This document shows, in pieces, positions 41,267-51,526 of a DNA stretch of 64,000 nt. This DNA comes from Bacteroidota bacterium (GTDB taxonomy: Bacteria; Bacteroidota; Bacteroidia; Flavobacteriales; Flavobacteriaceae). The stretch is from positions 8,210 through 72,209 of the forward strand of contig JAZKED010000004.1 in assembly GCA_040387175.1 (NCBI GenBank). The letters run 5' to 3'. The notes beneath the pieces are model-generated. The model was given only the letters and a program-made list of their open reading frames with translations. It had not been told where the DNA came from and searched no databases. Both the position numbers and the translations under genes were made by a program. Numbering within the stretch: position 1 is the stretch's first letter; each line of letters opens with the position of its first letter.

Positions 41267-42679
41267 ATGATTAAAGAAGTAATGGTAGAAGAAATAATTA
41301 TTCCAGAAAGAAACGTTGAGGAAACAAGAGCACAGACTGTATTAAATTTACTTACTGAAATCGGAGAAATGTTACTTACCAATGGAGCACATACAGCACG
41401 TATTATTCGTAATTTAGAGCGTTTTGCCAAAGGTTTAGGCTATAATTGTGAATTAGTTTTAACCTATACCGGAATTGTAATATCAATTTACAAGGAAAAT
41501 AAATTTAAAACACACACACTTGCCAGAACTGTAACTGTCAAAGGATTGAATTTTGAAACCATTTCTGAAATCAGCATATTGTCCTGGGATGTTTTAGAAA
41601 AAAAGATTCCAATATCTGAAATAAAATCAACTCTGGAACGAATAAAAGCCAAAAAAGTTTATTCCAATTTTCAATTATACGCTTTAGTACCATTCGCAAG
41701 TGTTGCACTTTGTATGCTATTTGATGGAGATTGGATGCAGGCATTTATCGTTTATATTTCTACTTTTTGCGGTTATTATATTAGAAGAAATCTGATATTA
41801 AAGGAACACAATCATTTACTGGCTTTTTTCATTTCGTCGACATTCTCTACTTTAATCATACATATTCTCGGTATTGTTTTAAATGTTCAGGTTGAGCAGG
41901 CTTTAATAGTTTCAGTTTTATATCTTATTCCTGGCGCGGTAATGATTAATTCTTTTATTGATTATCTGGAAGGGTATTTCGAATCTGGAACTGCCCGTTT
42001 AATTTATAGTTTAATGGCTATTTTGATGATTGCCTTTGGTTTTTTTACTTCTGCAATGATTTTTGATCTTAATTTTATAAATAAATTGAATCTTTTTGAT
42101 TTATCCAATATTCAAACACAAATAAAAACAGGATTTAACCCTCAAGGGTTGGGAATTGAAACATCAAAACTAATTTTTGGAGGAATTACTTCTTTAGGTT
42201 TTGCATTTATGTTTAACACACCTAAAAGAGCCTTGTGGACTGTTTTTTTACTAGGATCTGTTGGTTATTTGATCAAATATCTTTTGTTTCAGGAATTGGA
42301 AATGAATCTTATTCTATCCATTTTCATAGCCTCTTCTTTTGTAGGAATTTCAGGAATGTATTTTGCACATTTAACTCACACACCTCCTATTATCTTTGTG
42401 ATTCCAGCTGTTATCAATATGATTCCCGGCTTAATTAGTTATGAATTTATGATGGGAATGATTGATTGGATTAGCGGTAATAATGGTCAAAAACCGAATG
42501 TAGAAGAGATTCTTCAAACTTTTTCTTATGGAATTACTACTGTTTTTATCCTTTTTGCTTTGGCATTTGGAGTGGCATTTCCAATTATTGTATTCAAATC
42601 GCATACCGTTAAAGGAAAAGACCTGAATGTAATAATCAAAAAATTAGTAAAAAAGAATAGTTTAAAGAGGTTAAACTAG
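41267..42679 (+). CDS. ThrE/YjjP-YjjB family exporter, both halves fused
   Basis: EIGEMLLTNGAHTARI N-terminus, two PG motifs (YLIPGAV, NMIPGL) and about 10 TM segments. Confidence 0.85.
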   Translation: MIKEVMVEEIIIPERNVEETRAQTVLNLLTEIGEMLLTNGAHTARIIRNLERFAKGLGYNCELVLTYTGIVISIYKENKFKTHTLARTVTVKGLNFETISEISILSWDVLEKKIPISEIKSTLERIKAKKVYSNFQLYALVPFASVALCMLFDGDWMQAFIVYISTFCGYYIRRNLILKEHNHLLAFFISSTFSTLIIHILGIVLNVQVEQALIVSVLYLIPGAVMINSFIDYLEGYFESGTARLIYSLMAILMIAFGFFTSAMIFDLNFINKLNLFDLSNIQTQIKTGFNPQGLGIETSKLIFGGITSLGFAFMFNTPKRALWTVFLLGSVGYLIKYLLFQELEMNLILSIFIASSFVGISGMYFAHLTHTPPIIFVIPAVINMIPGLISYEFMMGMIDWISGNNGQKPNVEEILQTFSYGITTVFILFALAFGVAFPIIVFKSHTVKGKDLNVIIKKLVKKNSLKRLN

Positions 42680-44707
42680 TTACAACATCCCATTGTGTTT
42701 TCTGACAAACCATTCTGAAGCTAAAGTAATTGCAAGTAAAATTAACAGCCAAACCCAATCAATTAGAGGAGTTTTGGTTGTAATTTCTTTTTGGATGGCT
42801 TTATAATCTTCATTTTCCAAAAGTGATTTCATCAAAGCATCCACTTGATTTGGATAAAAAGCTTTTGCCTGAGTTTGTGCTGCTAATTGGTTTAGTTTCT
42901 CTACATCGGGATTGACGAATTGTTTTTCGATGTCAAAATCCAGAATTTCAAAATGACCTGAATGGCTTGTTTTTGAATTTAATTCTTTTACAGAGAAATT
43001 ATACCCACCAGCTATAAGCCCGTCCAAATTGACTTTAAAAGAATTATTTCCTTTTAATAAATCGTAGTTTTTAGTTTGTTTCGTTTTGGTATTCGTCACC
43101 GAAATCGTCAAACGTGCCTTTTCATCAAATTCGTAGTTTTTGTTGAAATAAGACGCTAAAATTTCTATGGCTTCTCCAGAATTGTAAAAACTTTCGTGAT
43201 TCACTACCAATGATTTTTTAGAATCATTAGATGCCAAAAATTGAATGATTTTATCTGTGAAAATATCAAATTTTTCGAACGATTGATTATCAATATGACT
43301 TTGCAAACGCCATTTCCAAATATTCTCTCCTAAAAGAAAAGCCGAACGTTTTCCTTGGTTTTCGGCAAAAGCCAATAAAGGAGCATTGGTTGCTATATTT
43401 CTGATTTTAGACGAAAGTAAGGTCGAAACAGTTCCGTTGGCAGTTACTGTTCCAAAAGCATTTTGCAAAGGAGGAAAATTTTCGAAGCCTATATTATCAA
43501 TGGCAAAAAGATTAAACTGAGAATTAAACTCGGCTAAATAATCTTCTTTTTGACCACTCATTTTGAAAACCAAATTACTTTGTTGTTGATTCAAAAAATT
43601 AAAATCCGTGTTGTTTCCAGTAACAATAAAAGTATTAATTCCAGCTACTTTATTCTTCTCAAAAACTGATTTGAATTCAGCTGTTGGCTGATACAAAATT
43701 AAAATATTATAATCTTGTAATGAATTGATTGAATTAGGTTTAACTATGACTACTTTTCGTTGTGCATTAGTTTCAATTGCTCGCTTTAAAGCGCCAAGAT
43801 CAGGATGATTTATTGACGAAACAATCGCTATATTAGTCTTTTGATCAATGACTTCAACCGCAAAATTTTTAGTATTATTATAAGTGTTTTTTTCTTTTTG
43901 GTTAGAAGAAATAGTGGCTTTAAAAACTTGCAATCCTACTTTATCAGCAGGAAGTAAAACGCTTAAAATTACCGATTTTTTTGAAGGAGAAAAAGAAACA
44001 CTTTGCTTGCTCAAAACCGAATTTCCCTGAGAAATACGAAAATAAGCCGTTACATTTTTGTTTCCGGAATAATTCAAAAATACTTCCACAGGAAATTTAT
44101 TCTTCTGAAAGGCATATTTATTGACATTTAACTGATTTACTTTTAAATCCAGAAATGTAGTTGTATCTCCAACAACTAACGGATAAACTTTATTATTAGC
44201 ATCAAAAGAATACACATAATCATTACCCGAAGTTTGATTTCCATCCGTAATCAAAACAGTTGGAAAAGTGGTGTTTTTATAGATACTTTTCAGACTTTTG
44301 GCAACTTCATCTAAATTAGTCTGAGTTCCTTTGAAATCAAATTCCTCTGCCTGTTGAAATTCACTGTCAAATTGATAGGATTGCACATCAAATTTATCCT
44401 GTAACTCTTTGTTTTGAGAAAGTTTTTTATACAATTCCAAAGCAGTTTCTTTGGACTTCAAATCGACAATAGAACTCGAATTATCTACTACAACTGGCAA
44501 AGGTGTTTTTATAGTTTCGAGTGTTTTTCGGCTAATTATTGGATTAATCAGTAATACTAATATTCCAAAAATGGACATAAAACGCAAAAAAGCCAAAACC
44601 AAGTTCGCTTTCGACTTAGTTTTGGCTTTATAAAAATATTGAAAAAACGACAAACCTCCTGCTATTAGTAAAGAAAGTAATAGTAATAGAATCGTATTTG
44701 TTGTCAT
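42680..44707 (-). CDS. Membrane-anchored VWA-like/glutamine-amidotransferase-like envelope protein
   Basis: Two N-terminal TMs (LAFLRF), VVVDNSSS (degenerate MIDAS), ITDG, and a C-terminal TM ending EWFVRK. Confidence 0.75.
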   Translation of the reverse strand: MTTNTILLLLLSLLIAGGLSFFQYFYKAKTKSKANLVLAFLRFMSIFGILVLLINPIISRKTLETIKTPLPVVVDNSSSIVDLKSKETALELYKKLSQNKELQDKFDVQSYQFDSEFQQAEEFDFKGTQTNLDEVAKSLKSIYKNTTFPTVLITDGNQTSGNDYVYSFDANNKVYPLVVGDTTTFLDLKVNQLNVNKYAFQKNKFPVEVFLNYSGNKNVTAYFRISQGNSVLSKQSVSFSPSKKSVILSVLLPADKVGLQVFKATISSNQKEKNTYNNTKNFAVEVIDQKTNIAIVSSINHPDLGALKRAIETNAQRKVVIVKPNSINSLQDYNILILYQPTAEFKSVFEKNKVAGINTFIVTGNNTDFNFLNQQQSNLVFKMSGQKEDYLAEFNSQFNLFAIDNIGFENFPPLQNAFGTVTANGTVSTLLSSKIRNIATNAPLLAFAENQGKRSAFLLGENIWKWRLQSHIDNQSFEKFDIFTDKIIQFLASNDSKKSLVVNHESFYNSGEAIEILASYFNKNYEFDEKARLTISVTNTKTKQTKNYDLLKGNNSFKVNLDGLIAGGYNFSVKELNSKTSHSGHFEILDFDIEKQFVNPDVEKLNQLAAQTQAKAFYPNQVDALMKSLLENEDYKAIQKEITTKTPLIDWVWLLILLAITLASEWFVRKHNGML

Positions 44708-44812
44708 TTATTTTTAATTTAAAGATTGAAAAATTAAATAATTTAAAAATTCTAAATATTTACGAATATAAAAATCTTTAAATTCTTAAATCATTAAATC
44801 TTTGAATACAAT
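44708..44812. repeat. Intergenic hairpin of tandem 8-nt units (AAAGATTK family), fabG-VWA junction
   Basis: The left arm is nearly identical to the hisH-hisA element; the right arm is AAAATCTT TAAATTCT TAAATCAT TAAATCTT. Confidence 0.7.
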
Positions 44813-44814
44813 TT

Positions 44815-45561
44815 TTAAGTAAGCATTCCTCCGCAAACATTCAAGACTTGTCCTGTAACATAAGCACTCATATCTGAAGCTAAGAAAAGACAAGCATTCG
44901 CAACATCTTCTGTAGTTCCGCCACGTTTCAAAGGAATTCCTTCTCTCCATCCTTTTACCACATCTTCACTTAATTTTGCTGTCATCTCTGTTTCAATAAA
45001 TCCCGGAGCAATCGCGTTGCAACGAATATTGCGAGAACCTAATTCCAATGCTACTGATTTAGTAAATCCAATAGCACCTGCTTTAGAAGCTGCATAGTTA
45101 GTTTGTCCTGCATTTCCAGACACACCTACTACAGAACTAATATTGATGATTGAACCCGCACGTTGTTTTAGGAAAGTTTTTTGAATTGCTTTCGTCATAT
45201 TAAAAACCGATTTCAAATTCACATCGATTACCTGATCAAAATCAGCTTCAGACATACGCATCAGCAAGTTGTCTTTGGTAATTCCAGCATTATTAATTAA
45301 GATATCAACAGTTCCAAATTCAGATAAAACAGCATCAACAAAAGTTTGTGCTTCGTTAAAATCAGCTGCATTAGATTGATATCCTTTTGCTTTTACGCCT
45401 AATGCATTCAGTTCATTTTCTAATGCCAAGGCAGATTCTACAGATGAACTATAGGTAAACGCAACATTAGCGCCATGTTTAGCAAAAACTTCTGCAATTC
45501 CTCGTCCGATTCCACGACTTGCGCCAGTGATGATGGCTACTTTCCCTTCAAGTAATTTCAT
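44815..45561 (-). CDS. fabG: 3-oxoacyl-ACP reductase (start at MKLLEGK, 45561)
   Basis: TGASRGIG, NNAGITKD, YAASK and PGFIET motifs; promoter immediately upstream of 45561. Confidence 0.95.
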   Translation of the reverse strand: MKLLEGKVAIITGASRGIGRGIAEVFAKHGANVAFTYSSSVESALALENELNALGVKAKGYQSNAADFNEAQTFVDAVLSEFGTVDILINNAGITKDNLLMRMSEADFDQVIDVNLKSVFNMTKAIQKTFLKQRAGSIINISSVVGVSGNAGQTNYAASKAGAIGFTKSVALELGSRNIRCNAIAPGFIETEMTAKLSEDVVKGWREGIPLKRGGTTEDVANACLFLASDMSAYVTGQVLNVCGGMLT

Positions 45562-45596
45562 ATTATGGTATAAGTTTAATTTATTAAATTGAGTTT

Positions 45597-45627
45597 CAAA
45601 TATAGGTATAATGTAGTTCGTGCCAAA
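45597..45627 (-). promoter_or_regulatory. -33/-7 promoter of fabG
   Basis: TTTG (45627-45624), a 19-nt spacer, and TATATTTG (45604-45597). Confidence 0.65.
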
Positions 45628-45679
45628 AAAAATGCCCAACGAATTATGTGGGCATTTGAATTATTTTAGGTTTTTAAAT

Positions 45680-46108
45680 TTAAAAAGCCACATTCCATCT
45701 TGGCAATTTTGCATTTTCATCTAGGAAATTTTGTAAAATTTGTCCTTCTAAGAAAGTTGGAATTACTTTATTTTTTTCATTGAAAGTTTCATACCAAGAT
45801 ACTTCTAATCTTGAGATGTTTTCTAATTTCATTTGAGCTGGCCAGGAATATTTTCTTCCTGTTTTTGCAAATTGGTGACCGTTTACGATTTTGTCAAACA
45901 AACCACCATTTTTGCTTTTCAAAGTTCCATCGTTCTGGATAGTCCCAGTAGAACCTACCATAATTAATTCTTTCTCTTCCCCTTCAACTGCATAAACCAA
46001 AAAGATTCCGCTACCGGCTTCTGAGGCATTACAAACTTCTTCTAAACTATCATCAACAGAAAAACTGAATTGATTTTGAACTTTAATTTTTTTTAATTCT
46101 TTATACAT
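45680..46108 (-). CDS. Hypothetical protein with a degenerate GIY-YIG-like motif pattern
   Basis: SGIFLVYA...LIMVGST...GLFDKI...LEGQIL...LPRWN. Confidence 0.6.
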   Translation of the reverse strand: MYKELKKIKVQNQFSFSVDDSLEEVCNASEAGSGIFLVYAVEGEEKELIMVGSTGTIQNDGTLKSKNGGLFDKIVNGHQFAKTGRKYSWPAQMKLENISRLEVSWYETFNEKNKVIPTFLEGQILQNFLDENAKLPRWNVAF

Positions 46109-46266
46109 ACTAATTTATTTAATTGAATTGATTTTTGATAAAAAAATACCCCACAAAACAGTGAGGACTATCAAAACCATTCGTATCTATTTATATTTAT
46201 AAAAATAGCATAATCGCTTATTTTTAATAAAGTGCAAAGGTATTTCTTTAATTCTATTTAATAATA

Positions 46267-46296
46267 AAAAAGCCCCACAAATTGTGAGGCTTTTAA
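46267..46296 (-). terminator. Terminator after sucD
   Basis: AAAAGCCCCACAA / TTGTGAGGCTTTT stem with an A run on +. Confidence 0.7.
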
Positions 46297-46319
46297 AATT
46301 TATTTTAAAAAAAATTAGC

Positions 46320-47201
46320 TTATGCTTTTATGCTCATTACTTCACTAACTTTTTTACCAATTTCAGCAGGAGAGTCAACAACGTGAATTCCACATTCTCT
46401 CATGATACGTTTTTTAGCTTCAGCTGTATCATCAGCACCACCAACAATTGCACCTGCATGCCCCATTGTTCTTCCTTTTGGAGCAGTTTCACCTGCAATG
46501 AATCCGATAACTGGTTTTCTGTTCCCATCAGCTTTTACCCATTTAGCAGCATCCGCTTCTAATTGACCACCGATTTCACCAATCATAATGATACATTCTG
46601 TTTCCGGGTCGTTCATCAACAATTCTACAGCTTCTTTTGTTGTAGTTCCAATAATTGGATCTCCACCTATTCCGATTGCAGTTGTGATTCCCAATCCTTG
46701 TTTTACTACCTGGTCAGCAGCTTCATAAGTTAATGTTCCTGATTTAGAAACGATACCAACAGTTCCTTTTTTGAAAACGAAACCTGGCATAATACCAACT
46801 TTAGCTTCACCTGGAGTAATAACTCCTGGACAGTTTGGCCCTATTAATCTTGAATTTCTAGCTTTAACATAATTATTAGCTTTAATCATATCAGCAACTG
46901 GAATTCCTTCTGTAATCGCAATAATAACTTTTATACCTGCATCAGCAGCTTCCATAATAGCATCAGCAGCAAAAGCTGGTGGTACGAAAATGATTGTTGT
47001 ATCTGCTCCTGCTTGTTCTACTGCATCTTTAACAGTATTAAAAACTGGACGGTCTAAGTGAGTTGACCCACCTTTTCCTGGAGTAACTCCACCAACAACG
47101 TTTGTACCGTACTCAATCATTTGAGAAGCATGAAAAGTACCTTCACTTCCTGTGAATCCTTGAACAATAATTTTGGAATCTTTATTAACTAAAACACTCA
47201 T
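46320..47201 (-). CDS. sucD: Succinyl-CoA synthetase alpha subunit (no adjacent sucC)
   Basis: [24 protein letters not shown] and MGHAGA motifs. Confidence 0.97.
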   Translation of the reverse strand: MSVLVNKDSKIIVQGFTGSEGTFHASQMIEYGTNVVGGVTPGKGGSTHLDRPVFNTVKDAVEQAGADTTIIFVPPAFAADAIMEAADAGIKVIIAITEGIPVADMIKANNYVKARNSRLIGPNCPGVITPGEAKVGIMPGFVFKKGTVGIVSKSGTLTYEAADQVVKQGLGITTAIGIGGDPIIGTTTKEAVELLMNDPETECIIMIGEIGGQLEADAAKWVKADGNRKPVIGFIAGETAPKGRTMGHAGAIVGGADDTAEAKKRIMRECGIHVVDSPAEIGKKVSEVMSIKA

Positions 47202-47238
47202 GATATATTTTTTTATGTGGTTTTTTAAATTTGTCTTG

Positions 47239-47246
47239 CAAAAGTA
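47239..47246 (-). promoter_or_regulatory. -7 element for sucD
   Basis: CAAAAGTA on + reads TACTTTTG on -. Confidence 0.55.
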
Positions 47247-47300
47247 TAAAATTGTAAACAGTAATCTGTATTGATTTTTTAGTATTTTAGAACTAAATTG

Positions 47301-47660
47301 TTATAATTGACTTATTTGATACCCTCTGAATAGTTTATCGTCCTTTATTTGCCATATTGTCGAAAAATGTGCTAAAAACATTTCTTCTCTTGGATTTTCA
47401 ATTGTTTTTACAAAATGTGAATATCTAACAGAAACCATATCTTTTTCAGCTATAATATGACTTATCCTAACCTTCGACCGAACATAAGCTTTTGATAATT
47501 CTATAGACAAATCCAACAATGAATTATAATCCATTTGAATAAATCCTTTACTGCTGTTCCAATCTAATACTATTTCAGTATGCAGGAATTCTTTCAATAT
47601 TTCACTATCAATCAGTGCTTCTGATTTATAAAATTTTTGAACAATTTCTTTGGCAGACAT
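47301..47660 (-). CDS. NTF2/SnoaL-like fold protein
   Basis: 119 aa; ISHIIAEKDMVSVRY...IWQIKDDKL pattern. Confidence 0.75.
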   Translation of the reverse strand: MSAKEIVQKFYKSEALIDSEILKEFLHTEIVLDWNSSKGFIQMDYNSLLDLSIELSKAYVRSKVRISHIIAEKDMVSVRYSHFVKTIENPREEMFLAHFSTIWQIKDDKLFRGYQISQL

Positions 47661-47661
47661 A

Positions 47662-48591
47662 TTATTTTAATTTGTTAAGAATTTCAGGTATCTTTTTAAG
47701 ATTAGCAAGCTGTTTCAAAAAATCTCTTGATTCTTGTGCCGGATTTCCATTATAAACTTTACCTCCTGGCAAGGATTTGGATACTCCAGCTTGAGCCAAA
47801 AACACAGCTTTTGATCCAATTGTAATACCACTTGTTACCCCAACCTGTCCCCAAAGTATTACTTCATCTTCTATAATTACACAACCGGCAATTCCAGTTT
47901 GTGAAGCAATTAGACATCTTTTCCCAATTACTGTGTCATGACCAATGTGTATCTGATTGTCCAATTTAGTTCCTTCTCCGATGGTTGTGTCACCTGTTAC
48001 ACCCCTGTCAATAGTACAAAGAGCACCAATTCCAACATTGTCTTTAATCACTACCCTTCCTCCTGAAATTAATTGATCATAACCTTCTGGACGTTTTTTG
48101 TAATAAAAAGCATCGGCACCAAGAATAGTTCCAGCGTGAATAATCACGTTATCACCAATTACAGTATGATCATAAATAGAAACATTTGAATGAATTACAC
48201 AATTTTTACCAATAATAACATTGTTCCCAACGAAAGAATTTGGCTGAATTATGGTTCCTTCTCCTATTTTAGCTGAAGCTGCAATAGCAGTGTTTGAAGA
48301 CTGAAAAGGCTTGAAGTGTTTGGTTAAAATATTAAAATCCCTGAAAGGATCATCTGAAATCAACAATGCTTTTCCTTCTGGACAATCTACATTTTTATTT
48401 ATCAAAATGATTGTTGCCGCTGAATTTAGTGCCTTATCGTAATATTTTGGATGATCAACAAAAACAATATCACCAGGTTCTACAACGTGTATCTCGTTCA
48501 TTCCGGAAACTTGAAAAGCAGCATCACCAACATATTCGCAGTTGATAATTCCGGCAATTTCTTTTAATGTTTGTTTATTGTTGAATTTCAT
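47662..48591 (-). CDS. LpxD-like hexapeptide-repeat acyltransferase (second paralog); probable start 48591
   Basis: Left-handed beta-helix repeats, [23 protein letters not shown] and IASQTGIAG. Confidence 0.85.
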   Translation of the reverse strand: MKFNNKQTLKEIAGIINCEYVGDAAFQVSGMNEIHVVEPGDIVFVDHPKYYDKALNSAATIILINKNVDCPEGKALLISDDPFRDFNILTKHFKPFQSSNTAIAASAKIGEGTIIQPNSFVGNNVIIGKNCVIHSNVSIYDHTVIGDNVIIHAGTILGADAFYYKKRPEGYDQLISGGRVVIKDNVGIGALCTIDRGVTGDTTIGEGTKLDNQIHIGHDTVIGKRCLIASQTGIAGCVIIEDEVILWGQVGVTSGITIGSKAVFLAQAGVSKSLPGGKVYNGNPAQESRDFLKQLANLKKIPEILNKLK

Positions 48592-48659
48592 TTGATTTTT
48601 GATGTAAATTAAAAAGGTTATACGTTCAATAAACATATAACCTTTTCAACTAAAAATAT

Positions 48660-49226
48660 TTACTCTTTTACACGCTCCATGTAATTTCCAGAAGCTGTCT
48701 CAATTTTAATTTTATCTCCTTCATTGATAAACAAAGGTACATTTACCGTTGCTCCAGTTTCAACAGTAGCTGATTTTGTTGCGTTTGTAGCTGTATTTCC
48801 TTTAATTCCTGGTTCAGCATAGGTTACTTCAAGAACTACAGAAGCTGGCATATCTACAGAAAGTGGTAAATCAGTTTCTGTATTGATAGCAATCATAACG
48901 TTTTCACCCTCTTTCAATAAATCTGGAGAATCCAATACATTTTTGTTTAATGATATTTGTTCGAAAGATTCTACATTCATAAAGTGAAATAAATCACCTT
49001 CTGGATATAAAAATTGAAATTTATGATTTTCTACACGCACTTCTTCTATTTTGTGACCAGCTGAAAAGGTATTATCTAATACTTTTCCATTAGATAAACT
49101 TTTCAATTTTGTTCTAACAAAAGCAGGTCCTTTACCGGGTTTAACGTGAAGAAATTCTATTATTTTATAAATATCGTTATTGTATTTGATACACAATCCG
49201 TTCTTAATGTCTGATGTTGATGCCAT
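48660..49226 (-). CDS. efp: Elongation factor P
   Basis: HVKPGKGPAFVR and PGIKGNTAT motifs. Confidence 0.98.
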   Translation of the reverse strand: MASTSDIKNGLCIKYNNDIYKIIEFLHVKPGKGPAFVRTKLKSLSNGKVLDNTFSAGHKIEEVRVENHKFQFLYPEGDLFHFMNVESFEQISLNKNVLDSPDLLKEGENVMIAINTETDLPLSVDMPASVVLEVTYAEPGIKGNTATNATKSATVETGATVNVPLFINEGDKIKIETASGNYMERVKE

Positions 49227-49280
49227 TTATGTTTATTTGTTAATTCGTTTGCTTATATTTAATGAATAAGGAAAATTATT

Positions 49281-50066
49281 TTAAGAGTTTCCAGAATATC
49301 CTTTCATAATACCTCTTGATGAATTTCTGATAAAATCCAATATCTCATCACGTTCTGGAGTTGCTTCCATTTCACCTTCAATTATACCAATTGCCTGAGT
49401 AGTGTTGTAATTTTTTTGATATAGAATTCTATAAATATCCTGAATTTCTCTTATTTTTTCAGGTGTAAATCCTCTTCTTCTTAATCCAACAGAATTTATT
49501 CCCACATAAGATAAAGGTTCTTTTGCTGCCTTAGTATATGGAGGAACATCTTTTCTTAATAATGAGCCTCCTGAAATCATAGCATGATCCCCAATACTAA
49601 TAAATTGATGAATAGCAGATAATCCACCAATAACCGCATAATTTCCAACTGTGACGTGTCCTCCTAAAAGTACTCCATTAACAATTATTGCATTATCTCC
49701 AATATGACAATCGTGTGCTACGTGTGCTGCTGCCATAATTAGACAATTATTACCTATTACGGTTTGTCCTGAAGCAATTGTTCCTCTATTAATAGTTACA
49801 CATTCACGAATGGTACAATTATCACCAATAATTGCCAATGAATCTTCTCCACCAAACTTCAAATCTTGTGGAACAGCTGAAATTACTGCACCTGGGAAAA
49901 TATTGCAATTTTTACCAATTCTCGCACCTTCCATTATAGTTACATTTGAACCTATCCAGGTTCCGTCCCCTATAATTACATTATTATGAATAGTCGTGAA
50001 AGGCTCTATAACCACATTTTTTGCGATTTTTGCACCAGGATGAACGTATGCTAAAGGTTGATTCAT
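49281..50066 (-). CDS. lpxA: UDP-N-acetylglucosamine acyltransferase
   Basis: PQDLKF, IRECVTINRGT, HVAHDC and HQF motifs. Confidence 0.97.
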   Translation of the reverse strand: MNQPLAYVHPGAKIAKNVVIEPFTTIHNNVIIGDGTWIGSNVTIMEGARIGKNCNIFPGAVISAVPQDLKFGGEDSLAIIGDNCTIRECVTINRGTIASGQTVIGNNCLIMAAAHVAHDCHIGDNAIIVNGVLLGGHVTVGNYAVIGGLSAIHQFISIGDHAMISGGSLLRKDVPPYTKAAKEPLSYVGINSVGLRRRGFTPEKIREIQDIYRILYQKNYNTTQAIGIIEGEMEATPERDEILDFIRNSSRGIMKGYSGNS

Positions 50067-50071
50067 TTTTT

Positions 50072-50137
50072 TTTGTTTAATCGTTTAACTGTTTAATCGA
50101 TTAATCGGATAACCGATTAATCAAATCAACAAAAAAA
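50072..50137. repeat. Intergenic hairpin of tandem 8-nt GTTTAATC units, lpxC/fabZ-lpxA junction
   Basis: GTTTAATC GTTTAACT GTTTAATC GATTAATCGG-ATAA-CCGATTAATC. Confidence 0.7.
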
Positions 50138-50140
50138 TTA

Positions 50141-51526
50141 TTATTTTTTTGCTATTTGAGCCATCAATTCAGCTTCAGCAACAAGTTTACCATTAGCATA
50201 TGCATTGGCTTGCATGTGACAAATTCCTCTTCTGATAGGAGTAATTAAATCACATTTGAAAGTCAATGTATCGCCTGGTAATACTTTATGTTTAAATTTG
50301 ACATTATCAATTTTCATGAAATAGGTCAAATAATTTTCCGGATCCGGAACAGTACTCAATACTAAGATTCCGCCAGTTTGTGCCATTGCTTCTACAATGA
50401 TAACACCCGGCATTACTGGAGCACCTGGGAAATGACCTACAAAGAAACTTTCATTCATAGTAACATTTTTCATCCCTACAATATGGCTATCTGACATTTC
50501 TATGATTCTGTCTAGAAATAAAAATGGAGGTCTGTGAGGAAGAACCGACATGATTTTATGAATATCCATCAAAGGCTCCTGATTTAAATCATAAACTGGT
50601 ACATAATTTCTTTGCTCAATTTTAATGATTTTTGCCATCTTTTTTGCAAACTGTGTATTTACAAAATGTCCTGGTTTATTAGCAATAATTTTGCCTTGTA
50701 TTCTTGTTCCGATCAGGGATAAATCTCCAATAACATCTAACAATTTATGCCTTGCAGCTTCATTTGGATAATGCAAAGTCAGGTTATCTAAAATACCATT
50801 TGGTTTTACTGATATTTCATCTTTGCCAAAAGCAGTTTTCAAACTATTCATTGTTTTTTCGGAAATTTCCTTATCAACATATACAATAGCATTGTTTAAA
50901 TCACCACCTTTTATCAATCCATTGTCTAAAAGCGATTCTAATTCGTGGAGAAAACTAAAAGTTCTGGAATCTGCAATTTCAGTTTTAAACTCATCGATGT
51001 TTTTCATCGTTGCATTTTGGGTTCCAAGCACTTTTGTACCAAAATCGACCATAGCAGTTACACTAAAGCCATCACTAGGCATAACAATAATTTCGCTACC
51101 TGTTTCTTCATCAGTAAATGAAATTACTTCTTTTACTACGTATATTTTTCTTTTTGCTTCTTGTTCTAAAACACCAGCTTTTTCGATAGCTTCAACAAAA
51201 TATTTTGAAGAACCGTCCATAATAGGAAGTTCTGAAGCGTTCAATTCAATGATAACATTGTCTAAATCACAACCAACTAAAGCAGCTAAAACGTGTTCTG
51301 GTGTTTGAATTTTTACACCCAGTTTTTCTAAATTAGTTCCTCTTTGGGTATTTACAACATAATTTGCATCTGCTTCAATAACCGGATGCCCTTCTAGATC
51401 TAATCTGACAAAAGTAAAACCATTATTGATTGGTGCTGGTTTAAAAGTCATAGTAACTTCTTTTCCAGTATGTAATCCAACTCCAGTTAGTGAAATTTCT
51501 GTAGTGATGGTCTTCTGTTTAACCAT
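50141..51526 (-). CDS. lpxC: Bifunctional LpxC/FabZ (MVKQ start preferred; track start 51535)
   Basis: [31 protein letters not shown]; C-terminal [11 protein letters not shown] and [12 protein letters not shown]. Confidence 0.97.
   Translation of the reverse strand: MVKQKTITTEISLTGVGLHTGKEVTMTFKPAPINNGFTFVRLDLEGHPVIEADANYVVNTQRGTNLEKLGVKIQTPEHVLAALVGCDLDNVIIELNASELPIMDGSSKYFVEAIEKAGVLEQEAKRKIYVVKEVISFTDEETGSEIIVMPSDGFSVTAMVDFGTKVLGTQNATMKNIDEFKTEIADSRTFSFLHELESLLDNGLIKGGDLNNAIVYVDKEISEKTMNSLKTAFGKDEISVKPNGILDNLTLHYPNEAARHKLLDVIGDLSLIGTRIQGKIIANKPGHFVNTQFAKKMAKIIKIEQRNYVPVYDLNQEPLMDIHKIMSVLPHRPPFLFLDRIIEMSDSHIVGMKNVTMNESFFVGHFPGAPVMPGVIIVEAMAQTGGILVLSTVPDPENYLTYFMKIDNVKFKHKVLPGDTLTFKCDLITPIRRGICHMQANAYANGKLVAEAELMAQIAKK

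Noticed and set aside
44815-45639. N-terminally extended FabG, LpxD-like (48636), HisC (36854) and lipopeptide (62351) starts in the track
   Set aside because: The extensions overlap promoter boxes or upstream genes; shorter ATG starts match the family N-termini.
46320-47201. sucD without sucC as an anomaly
   Set aside because: To my knowledge, separated sucC and sucD genes are ordinary in Flavobacteriaceae.
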